Shown here piece by piece: positions 31,667 through 39,760 of a stretch of 39,760 nt of DNA. Within the stretch, counting starts at the first letter, position 1; each line of letters starts with the position of its first letter. A program made the position numbers and the translations under genes. Source of the stretch: a virus; the IMG/VR virus record IMGVR_UViG_3300048599_000048; one strand, 5' to 3'. The notes below the pieces were generated by a model, which searched no databases, had not been told where the DNA came from, and saw nothing but the letters and a program-made list of their open reading frames with translations.

Positions 31667-32683
31667 TTAGATGCGGTCGCGCATGCTCGCCAGATTGGCG
31701 GCAAGGGTTGCGCGTAGGTCTGTGCTTGCCGGGGCGGACTGGACCGTTGCCCCCGGCGCTGACCCCTTGACGCTTACAGCGGCGGCCTTTGCCCTCTGTG
31801 CGGCTTCCTGCTTCGCTTTCGCCTCTGCCTGCGCACGCTGTTGAGCCTGCGTTTCATTCCAGAGTCGATCATTCATGCGCACCGCCTTGTCGTAGGCGTC
31901 TTGCATGCCGGAAGCACGGCCGGATTCCAGAAGGAAAGCCATGTCCTCGCGTACTGCGTCAAAGTGGGGGTTTGTTGCTTTGAACTGCTGAACCTCATTG
32001 ACCAGTGATGGATCAATGGCGGGCTGCTCCGGCTGCTGTTGAGCACCGGAGACGAATTGAGAAAGACGCTGAACCTCTGCCTGCAGAGCGCGGATAGTCG
32101 GATCGACGGGCGGGATTTCCGCTAGCGATGCGATATCAATGCCGTGCCTGTGGCACATGTCAGCAACTTCACGCGCCTTCTGCTCAGGCGTGCCCTGATA
32201 CAGAATCCGCGCGGTGTTCATCAACACGCCTACGGCCTGTGCTGGCGTCGCGCGAAGCTCCTGCAGGAACTCGGCGTGCGGCGTGAATACTTGGTGAAGC
32301 TCGCGACCAAAGTTCGCGGCCTCTTTGTACGTCTGGATGCCCTTGTGGAAATCGCTTTCCCGGCGCTCGGCCTCCTCTGCAACGATGCGCGCCTCTTCCG
32401 GCGTCAGCGGCTCACCGCGAGCGGCCTTCACGAACGCTTGCTGTGCTTCCGGGCGCCACGAAGAAGGCGCCTTCTTTTCCGGCTCCAGATCGGGTTGCAC
32501 TTCAGGCACTTCCGGCACTTCCTCTGCCGGCTTTTCCTTCGGGGCGAAGCGGCCCTTGTCGTCGCGCGCGCGGCCTTCTGCCGGCGCTTCTTCGACCTCA
32601 ACGACCTCGGGCGCCTCAACTTCCGGCGTAACATCTTCCTTCTGTTCAGCAAGCGCGTTTTGCAGTGCTTCGCGGATTTCCAT
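31667..32683 (-). CDS. Scaffolding protein
   Basis: 338 aa; highly charged, Glu/Ala/Pro/Lys-rich, helical; between portal-side genes and the capsid gene. Confidence 0.6.
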   Translation of the reverse strand: MEIREALQNALAEQKEDVTPEVEAPEVVEVEEAPAEGRARDDKGRFAPKEKPAEEVPEVPEVQPDLEPEKKAPSSWRPEAQQAFVKAARGEPLTPEEARIVAEEAERRESDFHKGIQTYKEAANFGRELHQVFTPHAEFLQELRATPAQAVGVLMNTARILYQGTPEQKAREVADMCHRHGIDIASLAEIPPVDPTIRALQAEVQRLSQFVSGAQQQPEQPAIDPSLVNEVQQFKATNPHFDAVREDMAFLLESGRASGMQDAYDKAVRMNDRLWNETQAQQRAQAEAKAKQEAAQRAKAAAVSVKGSAPGATVQSAPASTDLRATLAANLASMRDRI

Positions 32684-32696
32684 TCCGTTTCCCCAT

Positions 32697-32721
32697 AAAA
32701 AAAGCCACCCGGAGGTGGCTT
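32697..32721 (-). terminator. Intrinsic terminator-like hairpin immediately upstream of the scaffold gene
   Basis: Minus strand AAGCCACC-uccg-GGUGGCUU followed by UUUUU. Confidence 0.55.
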
Positions 32722-32739
32722 GTTGTGAGTCTCTTTTTC

Positions 32740-33057
32740 TTAGGCTTTCATCGACCGATAGACGTCAACCAGCGTCCGCCGCAATGACGGGTCGTTCTTC
32801 GGCGTCGGCTTCTTCATGGCCGCGTCAATCTCGTTGCCAATCTCGAAAACGTTGTGCTGCCGAAGGTGTGCGCGGTGCTGGCTGCGCGACGTGATCCACG
32901 AGCCATCGACCATCGACTGATACGGGGCAATGTCCGGGATTACGTCGTGCGCCTTCTGCGGCGCTTGATAGCTCTCGTCTAGATAGACACACTCGCCGTC
33001 GCGGTATTCCGCAAGCTTCCCGCCGTCAGGCTTGTAGATGATTCGCAGTCTGCTCAC
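32740..33057 (-). CDS. Hypothetical head-module protein (105 aa)
   Basis: ORF track; GTG start in GTGA overlap with the portal stop. Confidence 0.55.
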   Translation of the reverse strand: MSRLRIIYKPDGGKLAEYRDGECVYLDESYQAPQKAHDVIPDIAPYQSMVDGSWITSRSQHRAHLRQHNVFEIGNEIDAAMKKPTPKNDPSLRRTLVDVYRSMKA

Positions 33058-34970
33058 TGCACAACCTCCCGAGACTGATCCTGCAGCCGCTGCTCTCGAT
33101 ACTGCAGGTCGATGCCCTTAACCGTCAGATCCGCGTCACGCTGCGCCAGTTCTGCACCCGCCTTGACGCGCTCGACTTCAAAGCTCGTGCGCTCTTGGAA
33201 CAGGCTCTGCTTTTCCTGCTCCATCTGTTGCGACTGCTCGGCCAGCATCTGCTGCTGCTTCTGCAATTCCTGCTGCATCTGCTGCATGCGCGGGTCCGGT
33301 GCGGGCTGCTGCCTGATCTGGTCGGCCAGCTCCTCAAACTCCGATTCGACCTCTGCCCCGGCCTTGAACGCACGCACACCGAACAACAGCAGCGACACCA
33401 TCAGCGGGGCCATCTGCGGGGCGGCTTGCGATGCTTCTGCGGCTTGCTTGATGTACGAACCCGCAGCGCTCAGGAACTCCAGCCGATCCTGCTTCTCCTG
33501 CTGCTCGTCAATCTCGACCAGCGCATCAGAACTGATCGAAATGCGGAAGCCGCGCGTGTATTGGTCTCGCAGCAACTGCAGTGCAGCCGACAGAAATTCC
33601 TGCTGCTGCATCGGGTCTTGCAGCTTCTGCACTTCGGGGATGTTCTGCGCGTCGGCGTACATCAGCAGCGTCTGCGGCTGGTACAGCTCACACATGATTT
33701 CCGCCTTGATGCGGATCAGGTCAGCAGCGAACCGGGCTACCTCGGCTTGCATCTTCTGCAGTCGGATGGATGCAAAGCGGCTCTTGATCTGCTGCGCCGT
33801 GGCAGTCTCGCCGGCATCCGATGCACCGCGCACGATGTCGCTGATGCCGGTGATTTCGTAAATGGTCTGCTTGCACTGGTCGCGGGCCACATACAGCCCC
33901 TGCAGGACAGATACGACCATCTCGACCGGGAACCAATCGACCGCGCCTTTAATGCCGCCCTTTTCAGCGAACATGGCCCAGTTGCTCACCGGGATCATGC
34001 GATTGTCTGCAGAGTCACCTATCAGGCTCTTAAGCTCTGCATTCTCGGACGCATACACACCAGCCACACGCAGCGCGCGCACAAGCTTGTCAATGCGGCC
34101 GGTGATGATGTCCAGTTCCTTGGCCTGGTCCTGGTACAGAGAGAAGTCAGGGACAGGCACGAGCGAGCCGGTGGTGGTGGTCGCATACAGTGGCTTCGGG
34201 CAGGGGAAGAAGTCTTGCAGCTTCAGCGGGTCGTCGCGCTCGTCGATGATTTCGTCGTAATTCTTCGACAGCCAGACAGCCTTCTTAGCGCGCTTGTCCC
34301 ACATCTCGTAGATGCACGCCTGCGGGACGCAATCCGACTTCTCGCCCTTGCTCTGCTTGTCCTCTTTGACGTCCAGCGGAATCTGATCTGCATCCTCGCC
34401 AAAGCGCTCACGCAGTTGCTCGCGGTCCATATACACGCGACGCCAGACCAGCCACTGTTCCTCCCACGTCCGCACTACGGCATGGCCGAAGTCCTGCCAC
34501 GCCACGTAGTCACAGGGGCTGCACTCGTATTCAACTTCTTCCGCCGCGCCTTCGTCTAGCGTGTCCTCGCTGAGTTGCGGCGACTCTGTAAAGTGCGGCT
34601 CGTAGCGCACCCAAACCGTACCGCGCCCCGGCAAGAAACGATCCTCTACGGCGTTGGACATGGCCGACGCATAGTCGGCGTAGTGCTCAATCTCATACGA
34701 CAGCGCGCGCTCAAGGATTTGGCTTGCAACACGGCCAACGGCGTCCCGGTCCTTGTTCCGGCGCGTGACCTCGGGCTTCGGCAGGCGCGAGAACACAGCC
34801 GGCATTGCGGTTTGCACGTTCGACCACAGGATGTTCATCTTGGCCGACGTAGAACGCTCCGGGCGCTCGTCCCGGTAGCGATCAACAATCTTTTCCGCGC
34901 GCCGCTCCCACTGCCCGAATTTGCGCTCGTAGCGCTCTATCTCTTGCGTATAGCGCTTGTATTCGCTCAT
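33054..34970 (-). CDS. Portal protein
   Basis: 638 aa; size, position upstream of scaffold/capsid, acidic core and Gln-rich coiled C-terminus. Confidence 0.75.
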   Translation of the reverse strand: MSEYKRYTQEIERYERKFGQWERRAEKIVDRYRDERPERSTSAKMNILWSNVQTAMPAVFSRLPKPEVTRRNKDRDAVGRVASQILERALSYEIEHYADYASAMSNAVEDRFLPGRGTVWVRYEPHFTESPQLSEDTLDEGAAEEVEYECSPCDYVAWQDFGHAVVRTWEEQWLVWRRVYMDREQLRERFGEDADQIPLDVKEDKQSKGEKSDCVPQACIYEMWDKRAKKAVWLSKNYDEIIDERDDPLKLQDFFPCPKPLYATTTTGSLVPVPDFSLYQDQAKELDIITGRIDKLVRALRVAGVYASENAELKSLIGDSADNRMIPVSNWAMFAEKGGIKGAVDWFPVEMVVSVLQGLYVARDQCKQTIYEITGISDIVRGASDAGETATAQQIKSRFASIRLQKMQAEVARFAADLIRIKAEIMCELYQPQTLLMYADAQNIPEVQKLQDPMQQQEFLSAALQLLRDQYTRGFRISISSDALVEIDEQQEKQDRLEFLSAAGSYIKQAAEASQAAPQMAPLMVSLLLFGVRAFKAGAEVESEFEELADQIRQQPAPDPRMQQMQQELQKQQQMLAEQSQQMEQEKQSLFQERTSFEVERVKAGAELAQRDADLTVKGIDLQYREQRLQDQSREVVQ

Positions 34971-34987
34971 TCGTCACCCACTGGCAT

Positions 34988-37270
34988 TTAGTCGAAATGG
35001 CCTGCGTTGATCGCATGCAGCAGATGCATGTGCATCGATGCCGATTCCGGACCACCCCACAGCCCGTAACCGCTGTCGGTATCCGGGTAGATATAGCCGT
35101 CCATCAAGATACCGGCGCCGGGGTTCTGGAGACCTGTCCGCGCCGAAACGTAGTCGAGGTAGTCAGCAGCTGCGCGCAGATCGCCGTCAGTGCGGCCAGG
35201 CGACATTGCGAGCGTGTAGGCGGCTGCGATCCAGTTGCCAACGATGCCGCGGCGCTCCAGCTGCTTTGACCACTTGCGCTCATCGAGCTGGCGACCGTTC
35301 GAATACTCCAGAGCGAACTGTCGCGCGTCCGGCAGAGACGGCAGGCACGGGTAAATCGAGTGGGCGTGCAGCGCGACGCCCATGTTGTAGAAATGGTAGG
35401 CCGCGCGCATGTCTTGCACGGACTGACGCAGAGCACCGCCCGGCGTCTGGTATCTGTAGCCCATCTTGTTGGGGATGCCCGCCGTGGTGGTGAAGCCGGC
35501 CGCGAACCGCGCTGCGATGCGGTCAAGCGTGGCCTGGCGGGTTGCGTCAGCAGTCAGCGCCAGCGAACGGCACAGGAACAGCATGGCCGTGGCCTCGGCG
35601 TTGTAGTTGTCGGCGTCCGAATAGCGCAGCTTGACTTGGCCACTGCCGCCGCTGGTTACTTCCATCTGAACGGCGAAATCAGCCATCGCGTGGATGTACG
35701 ACGTGACCGTTGCAGCGGTCGTGGTCAGCCCGAGTTCGAGCGCTTTTTCGCGGATGATCGGCAGGCAGCCACTGTTCGGCCCCATGTACTCAAGGCCGAG
35801 CTGTGACGTGCTGTGATTCCATTTGTCATGCCACGTCGTTGCATCGCTCGGCGTGATGTTGTACTCGGTGCACCACGACTGGAACAGCGCCAGCGCATCA
35901 CGGATAGGAGCCTCGCGCCCCTCTTCTTCCGCCATCACCATCCAGCCAAGAGCCACGCTGCCCCAGTACGACTTGTCAGGGTCGGACAGTCCAATGGCGG
36001 TCCATGCCTGAATCAGCCGCTTCGAGCTGTAGCGGATTGACCGGAGTATGTCTGCGCGACGGGCGCTGTTTGCCCTCGCAATGACCGGGTTGTGACCGCG
36101 CAGGCCGGCATTTTCGAGGGTGTCGTAGCCAGCCGAGTAAAAGCCCGCGAAGGTGAAATAGGCGCCGACCGGGATCGTGACCGGGTTCTTCGACCAGCCC
36201 ACGCTGACGTAATTGCTCTCGAAGTTTTGCAGCGGCGTGTGATCGGTCAGCCGCAGCGCATCGCTTTCAAACTGCGCCGCGGTGATGCCCGTGCACAGCG
36301 TGGCACCGCTTGGATACGCGTAGCCGGCCCATCCGTTCGTCGTGTTGTACGTCGCCGTCGGGGCGGTGCTGTTGATGATTTCCTGGTAGATGCGCATCCC
36401 GTGATTGCCGGATGCGACCTGCGACGACACTTCGATGCGGGATATGTACCGAACGAGGTTGTTCGCGAACTGGCGAACACGCGTCTTGACCGTTACGCCG
36501 GTCGCAGCGGCCCAGGAGAACTGACCCTCGATCTCCTGAAACACCACACCATAACCGGGGTTGCTGGTGCCGATCCGGCTCGACGACAGCGCAGTAACAT
36601 CGGCTGCCGTGTGCGAGAACTTATTGACCCCGGCAACCGTCATGCGATGGAACAGGCCGTTGCTGATGCTGTTGTAGTTCGCATTGGAACGACTCGGGTC
36701 GCGCAGAATCTTGGGGAGCCACGCCGTCGAATCAGCCATCCGGCTCATGAGCTGCGGCGACTGCAACACCCACAGCGTTGCGGATTCGGCCGTGTAGGTG
36801 ACGCCTTGCGGGTATGAAGCGCTTCCGCCAGCAATCACGACGGAGTAAGTTTTGACCTCGCTGGGGCCAAGGTCGGCCAGAATCCACACCGACCCGCGAC
36901 GGATCGAGCCATCCGGCCATGTCTTATCGACTTCCTCCCACGTTGCTGGATCGATCGCGTATTCCCACTGGCAGGGGACCTCAACGCCTGCTGAGTCATA
37001 CACTCGTACACCCGCAGGCGAGCGGCACTCGCCTTGCTCAAAGCTGACTCGTATTTCTACCGGCTCATCAATCGACGTGATGGCAAGCGGGTTACGAACA
37101 GATACGGTCTGCACGCCGCCGCCACGCAGACTCGTCCTGACGGCGCCCGCAACATCTGCCACAGAAACCGCGTACTCCTGAAGCAGAGGGCCGGGGTAGT
37201 TGTTGCCATCCTGCGCATTGCCATCAAGAAGGTTGTTCCCAATGACCCAAGGGAATACAGGAGACGTCAT
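34988..37270 (-). CDS. Large protein of unknown function (760 aa) between terminase and portal
   Basis: Uninterrupted ORF; beta-like N-terminal half, helix-rich C-terminal half; no motif recognised by eye. Confidence 0.7.
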   Translation of the reverse strand: MTSPVFPWVIGNNLLDGNAQDGNNYPGPLLQEYAVSVADVAGAVRTSLRGGGVQTVSVRNPLAITSIDEPVEIRVSFEQGECRSPAGVRVYDSAGVEVPCQWEYAIDPATWEEVDKTWPDGSIRRGSVWILADLGPSEVKTYSVVIAGGSASYPQGVTYTAESATLWVLQSPQLMSRMADSTAWLPKILRDPSRSNANYNSISNGLFHRMTVAGVNKFSHTAADVTALSSSRIGTSNPGYGVVFQEIEGQFSWAAATGVTVKTRVRQFANNLVRYISRIEVSSQVASGNHGMRIYQEIINSTAPTATYNTTNGWAGYAYPSGATLCTGITAAQFESDALRLTDHTPLQNFESNYVSVGWSKNPVTIPVGAYFTFAGFYSAGYDTLENAGLRGHNPVIARANSARRADILRSIRYSSKRLIQAWTAIGLSDPDKSYWGSVALGWMVMAEEEGREAPIRDALALFQSWCTEYNITPSDATTWHDKWNHSTSQLGLEYMGPNSGCLPIIREKALELGLTTTAATVTSYIHAMADFAVQMEVTSGGSGQVKLRYSDADNYNAEATAMLFLCRSLALTADATRQATLDRIAARFAAGFTTTAGIPNKMGYRYQTPGGALRQSVQDMRAAYHFYNMGVALHAHSIYPCLPSLPDARQFALEYSNGRQLDERKWSKQLERRGIVGNWIAAAYTLAMSPGRTDGDLRAAADYLDYVSARTGLQNPGAGILMDGYIYPDTDSGYGLWGGPESASMHMHLLHAINAGHFD

Positions 37271-37272
37271 AG

Positions 37273-37569
37273 TCAGATCCTCTTGCGCCAGTAGATAACC
37301 GCCTTGTCAGCCACAGACGAAGTGACCGTCAGCGCACCCGGCGCATACAGCGGATAATGGAAATTCACATGCACGTCGGCGGTCGTTGATCCGGTGAATC
37401 GCAGCGTCTTTGCGTCGCCGTCCTCATCAACGAATCCGGTGACATCGACAGTTACAGCCGCGGCGTTGAGCAGGATTGTCATGCCGAAAAGGTTGCCTTC
37501 GCCTGCGCTCGCCAGCGTGAGCGCGGTCGTCTGCTCAACGACCGTTGCATTCAGTTCTACGGGTTGCAT
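37273..37569 (-). CDS. Small beta-rich protein (98 aa)
   Basis: ORF track; start overlaps the terL stop by 1 nt (TAATG); ends 2 nt before the 760-aa ORF. Confidence 0.55.
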   Translation of the reverse strand: MQPVELNATVVEQTTALTLASAGEGNLFGMTILLNAAAVTVDVTGFVDEDGDAKTLRFTGSTTADVHVNFHYPLYAPGALTVTSSVADKAVIYWRKRI

Positions 37570-39059
37570 TAGTATCGATCCTCTCTAGTCGGCGTCTCCG
37601 CCCACAATTCGTCTAGCGTTACGTTCATCTGGCCGGACTCGACTGCGAATACAGGCGATTGCTGCGCGTCCGTCGTCGGCACCCATGGACGGGACGTGCA
37701 GGCATAGCGCCCCTCGTCGCCCGCGTGGTCTTCGCCGTCCGTATCTACGTCCTCAATCCGATCTTTGTCGTGCTGCAAAGCCGGAACTGTGCGGATGAAG
37801 TCAGGGCAGGTTGAAAACGTAACGAGCATCGGGCGGTCTTCTGCCTCGCCTATGAGGCGGGCTCGCATTGCATCCCATCCGCCCATTGCCCCGCGCTGCC
37901 CAACGCGCGAGTTATCGGCGCGTCGGAATGCCACCCTTCGCCCCGATCCCTCGTACATCCGTTCGGCAATACTCGGCCCGCCGTCGCGCGCAAACGCCGC
38001 CGGATCAAGCACCCCATATGTGATTTCTTCGTGCTTCGGCGTGCGCTCTGCAATACCGGCGCCGACATCCTCTGCAACCATCTTCAGGCCGGTGTTGTAT
38101 TGCGGCTGTCCTGACGCGTCACGCGCCATCCCGTACCACTCGCGGTAACGAACAATGCAACCTCGCGGGAGCGTCAGACCTTCTTTTGTCTTGTAGTCAT
38201 CGCTGACCACAGCCCACCAACCAAACGAGAACGGCCTAGAACTACCCCAGTCCCCGGAACGGAACTTGAGCCAATGCGCGGGTATATCGAACGGCTCAAC
38301 AACATGCCTAGCCGTGCGCCAGCAATCAAAGAAGGCGCCCGCGACGATGTTCCAATCGCCCTCTAACCACGCCTTTCGCAGTGCGTCGTTTCCGCCAGTG
38401 GCGGCAAGGATTCTGTTTCGGTAATTCGGATCGTTCTTCAGCAGGATTGTGTTATCTGCCGTCCTGCTTGGCACGAACATCCGCGTGAATCCCGTATCCG
38501 GGTCACGGTACGGCGTGTAAGGAGGGGCAACATCGATGTATCGCTGTTTAACCCAAGCGTGTCCAATGCCGCCAGGATTGCCCGTCAGTCTTACAGTACA
38601 AGGAACGCCCGCAGCGCTTCGCAGCGTCGAAAGCATCTTCAACAAACCGGCAGGCGTCGCGTATTCCGTTACCTCGTCAAAGCTGATACCGGTGTATTGG
38701 TGGCCGTGGTATCTGCCGTAATCGCGTTCGTTCTCGATGTACCGCATCTTGACCGTCGCGCTGTTCGGCCAATACCAGCAATTCGAGTAAGGGAACTCAG
38801 CACTAGCCTGCGTTTTGAACTGGGCGCCAGACGCGGGGAATACCTCCATCGCGCGGCCTTGCAGCTCTTCCAGTTCCGCATAAGTCTTGCGGAACATGAT
38901 CCCGCGCCAGTGCTGGCGGTAACACAACGCGCCGTCTTCCTGATAGCCAAGCTGGAAGTCCGACTTTCCGCCGCCGCGCTCGCCGCCATAAAAAAGCTCG
39001 TCGCACCAGTCAGCGGATAGAGCGCTACTCTGCGGGCCGGGCTGCGGTTCCCAAGCCAT
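37569..39059 (-). CDS. terL: Terminase large subunit
   Basis: 496 aa; Walker A GGERGGGKS; ..ISFDEVTEY.. Walker B-like; C-terminal nuclease-like acidic residues. Confidence 0.9.
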   Translation of the reverse strand: MAWEPQPGPQSSALSADWCDELFYGGERGGGKSDFQLGYQEDGALCYRQHWRGIMFRKTYAELEELQGRAMEVFPASGAQFKTQASAEFPYSNCWYWPNSATVKMRYIENERDYGRYHGHQYTGISFDEVTEYATPAGLLKMLSTLRSAAGVPCTVRLTGNPGGIGHAWVKQRYIDVAPPYTPYRDPDTGFTRMFVPSRTADNTILLKNDPNYRNRILAATGGNDALRKAWLEGDWNIVAGAFFDCWRTARHVVEPFDIPAHWLKFRSGDWGSSRPFSFGWWAVVSDDYKTKEGLTLPRGCIVRYREWYGMARDASGQPQYNTGLKMVAEDVGAGIAERTPKHEEITYGVLDPAAFARDGGPSIAERMYEGSGRRVAFRRADNSRVGQRGAMGGWDAMRARLIGEAEDRPMLVTFSTCPDFIRTVPALQHDKDRIEDVDTDGEDHAGDEGRYACTSRPWVPTTDAQQSPVFAVESGQMNVTLDELWAETPTREDRY

Positions 39060-39513
39060 GAGCGGCTAGCCATTCCTCTTTTGTGATCTTCGGGCGGGTT
39101 ACTTCTTCGGTCTTGATCGGGCCACCATTCGGGCCTGACAACTCCGTTTCTATCTTGTCCCGCCATTCCTGCGGCTTGCGATTCTTCAGCCAAAATATGC
39201 AGGCTGTCGTGTCTGGCGGGTAATGCTTGCGGATCGGTGTCATTTTCAGTTCGCCGGCCACCACGCGAATATCTACTTCGTCGTGTTCGTAGCCCATCGC
39301 GCGCTGATACAAACTGTGCTCAACACGCTTATCCGCCTCTTCCTTGGCGAGCTTTAAGGACTCCGAAAATTCTTCGTGCTCGATTTTCCACAAATTGACC
39401 GTAGATACGGAAACACCGAAGAAGTCGGCTAGCTGCGCATCTGTTGCGCCAAGAACAGCAAGCTTCTTTGCCTGCTCTGCAAACTCCGGTTTGTATTTAC
39501 TCGGCCTTCCCAT
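39025..39513 (-). CDS. terS: Terminase small subunit
   Basis: MGRPSKYKPEFAEQAKKLAVLGATDAQLADFFGVSVSTVNLWK.. N-terminal HTH typical of small terminases; overlaps terL by 35 nt. Confidence 0.75.
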   Translation of the reverse strand: MGRPSKYKPEFAEQAKKLAVLGATDAQLADFFGVSVSTVNLWKIEHEEFSESLKLAKEEADKRVEHSLYQRAMGYEHDEVDIRVVAGELKMTPIRKHYPPDTTACIFWLKNRKPQEWRDKIETELSGPNGGPIKTEEVTRPKITKEEWLAAHGLGTAARPAE

Positions 39514-39537
39514 TTCCTCACCTTTCCGGGTTGCCGG

Positions 39538-39726
39538 TTAGATGTTGCTCGCCGCTACCTTCAATCGTTCTTGCGCGCGGTCGAGTGCTCGTTTCTCGTT
39601 GTCAATTTCAGCCCGCACTTTGTCTATGCGGTCCTGAAGCGTCTTTAGCTCGCCCCGTAAGGCGTCCAGGCGGTTTGATGCCGCGTCAGCAGCGCGAACA
39701 GCATCCGCCGCTTCCTTTAGCGACAT
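39538..39726 (-). CDS. Coiled-coil protein (62 aa), first late-operon gene
   Basis: ORF track; AAGGAGG SD; heptad-like sequence. Confidence 0.55.
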   Translation of the reverse strand: MSLKEAADAVRAADAASNRLDALRGELKTLQDRIDKVRAEIDNEKRALDRAQERLKVAASNI

Positions 39727-39760
39727 ATCGCCTCCTTGTAGGTGCTGGCATTACGCGGCC
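39634..39760. repeat. Exact copy of 1-127
   Basis: See feature 1-127. Confidence 0.95.

Larger units (their letters stand above)
1..39760. mobile_element. Complete temperate phage genome (lambdoid regulation, podovirus-like virion module), circularly closed
   Basis: Integrase, excisionase, repressor/Cro switch, replication, recombination, terminase-to-lysis late operon all present; window ends overlap by 127 identical nt. Confidence 0.9.

Noticed and set aside
30099-31670. 523-aa plus-strand ORF
   Set aside because: Antisense to the capsid and decoration genes; Arg/Ala/Gly/Val-rich composition typical of shadow ORFs in GC-rich DNA; no SD; the minus-strand genes have SDs and coherent synteny
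33195-34559. 454-aa plus-strand ORF (also 33112-33861 and 34575-34991)
   Set aside because: Antisense to the portal gene; Leu/Arg/His-rich low-complexity translation; shadow ORF
1-39760. CRISPR arrays, IS elements/transposases, toxin-antitoxin pairs, retrons
   Set aside because: No spaced direct-repeat array, no transposase-like or RT-like ORF, and no obvious two-gene toxin-antitoxin motif was seen on either strand

Overview
The window is a complete, circularly closed genome of a GC-rich temperate tailed phage. Bases 1-127 recur exactly at 39634-39760, so the unique sequence is 39,633 bp. The regulatory layout is lambdoid. A divergent immunity switch pairs a Cro-like gene (7562-7759, minus) with an XRE-type repressor (7833-8300, plus). 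Two TTGACA-N17-TATATT promoters each carry two 14-bp dyad operators. The leftward early operon holds a regulator in the cII position, an O-like initiator with an internal iteron origin, a lambda-P-like loader, an orphan DNA methyltransferase, NinB, YbcO-like and PD-(D/E)XK nucleases, a P22-gp23-type Q antiterminator and two tRNAs. The rightward early operon has about 30 tightly overlapping small genes, including an annealing protein, YqaJ exonuclease, SSB, HNH and excisionase. It ends at a tyrosine integrase and an attP that mimics a tRNA 3' end. A minus-strand late operon of about 20 kb encodes TerS, TerL, portal, scaffold, capsid, a decoration protein, short-tail and ejection proteins, a tail fibre and a lysis cassette. 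This is a podovirus-like (BPP-1/epsilon15-type) arrangement, judged by gene order only. I saw no CRISPR array, IS element, reverse transcriptase or DGR. I cannot name a confirmed new system. The best candidates are a 98-aa + 760-aa gene pair between terminase and portal, and an HTH-metallophosphoesterase with a Cys-rich partner coupled to the end of the lysis cassette next to attP. Others are a repressor-linked lipoprotein, gene cassettes flanked by direct-repeat junctions, and an initiator-like tRNA-Met lacking the 3-GC anticodon-stem hallmark. All functional calls rest on motifs read by eye and need database confirmation.
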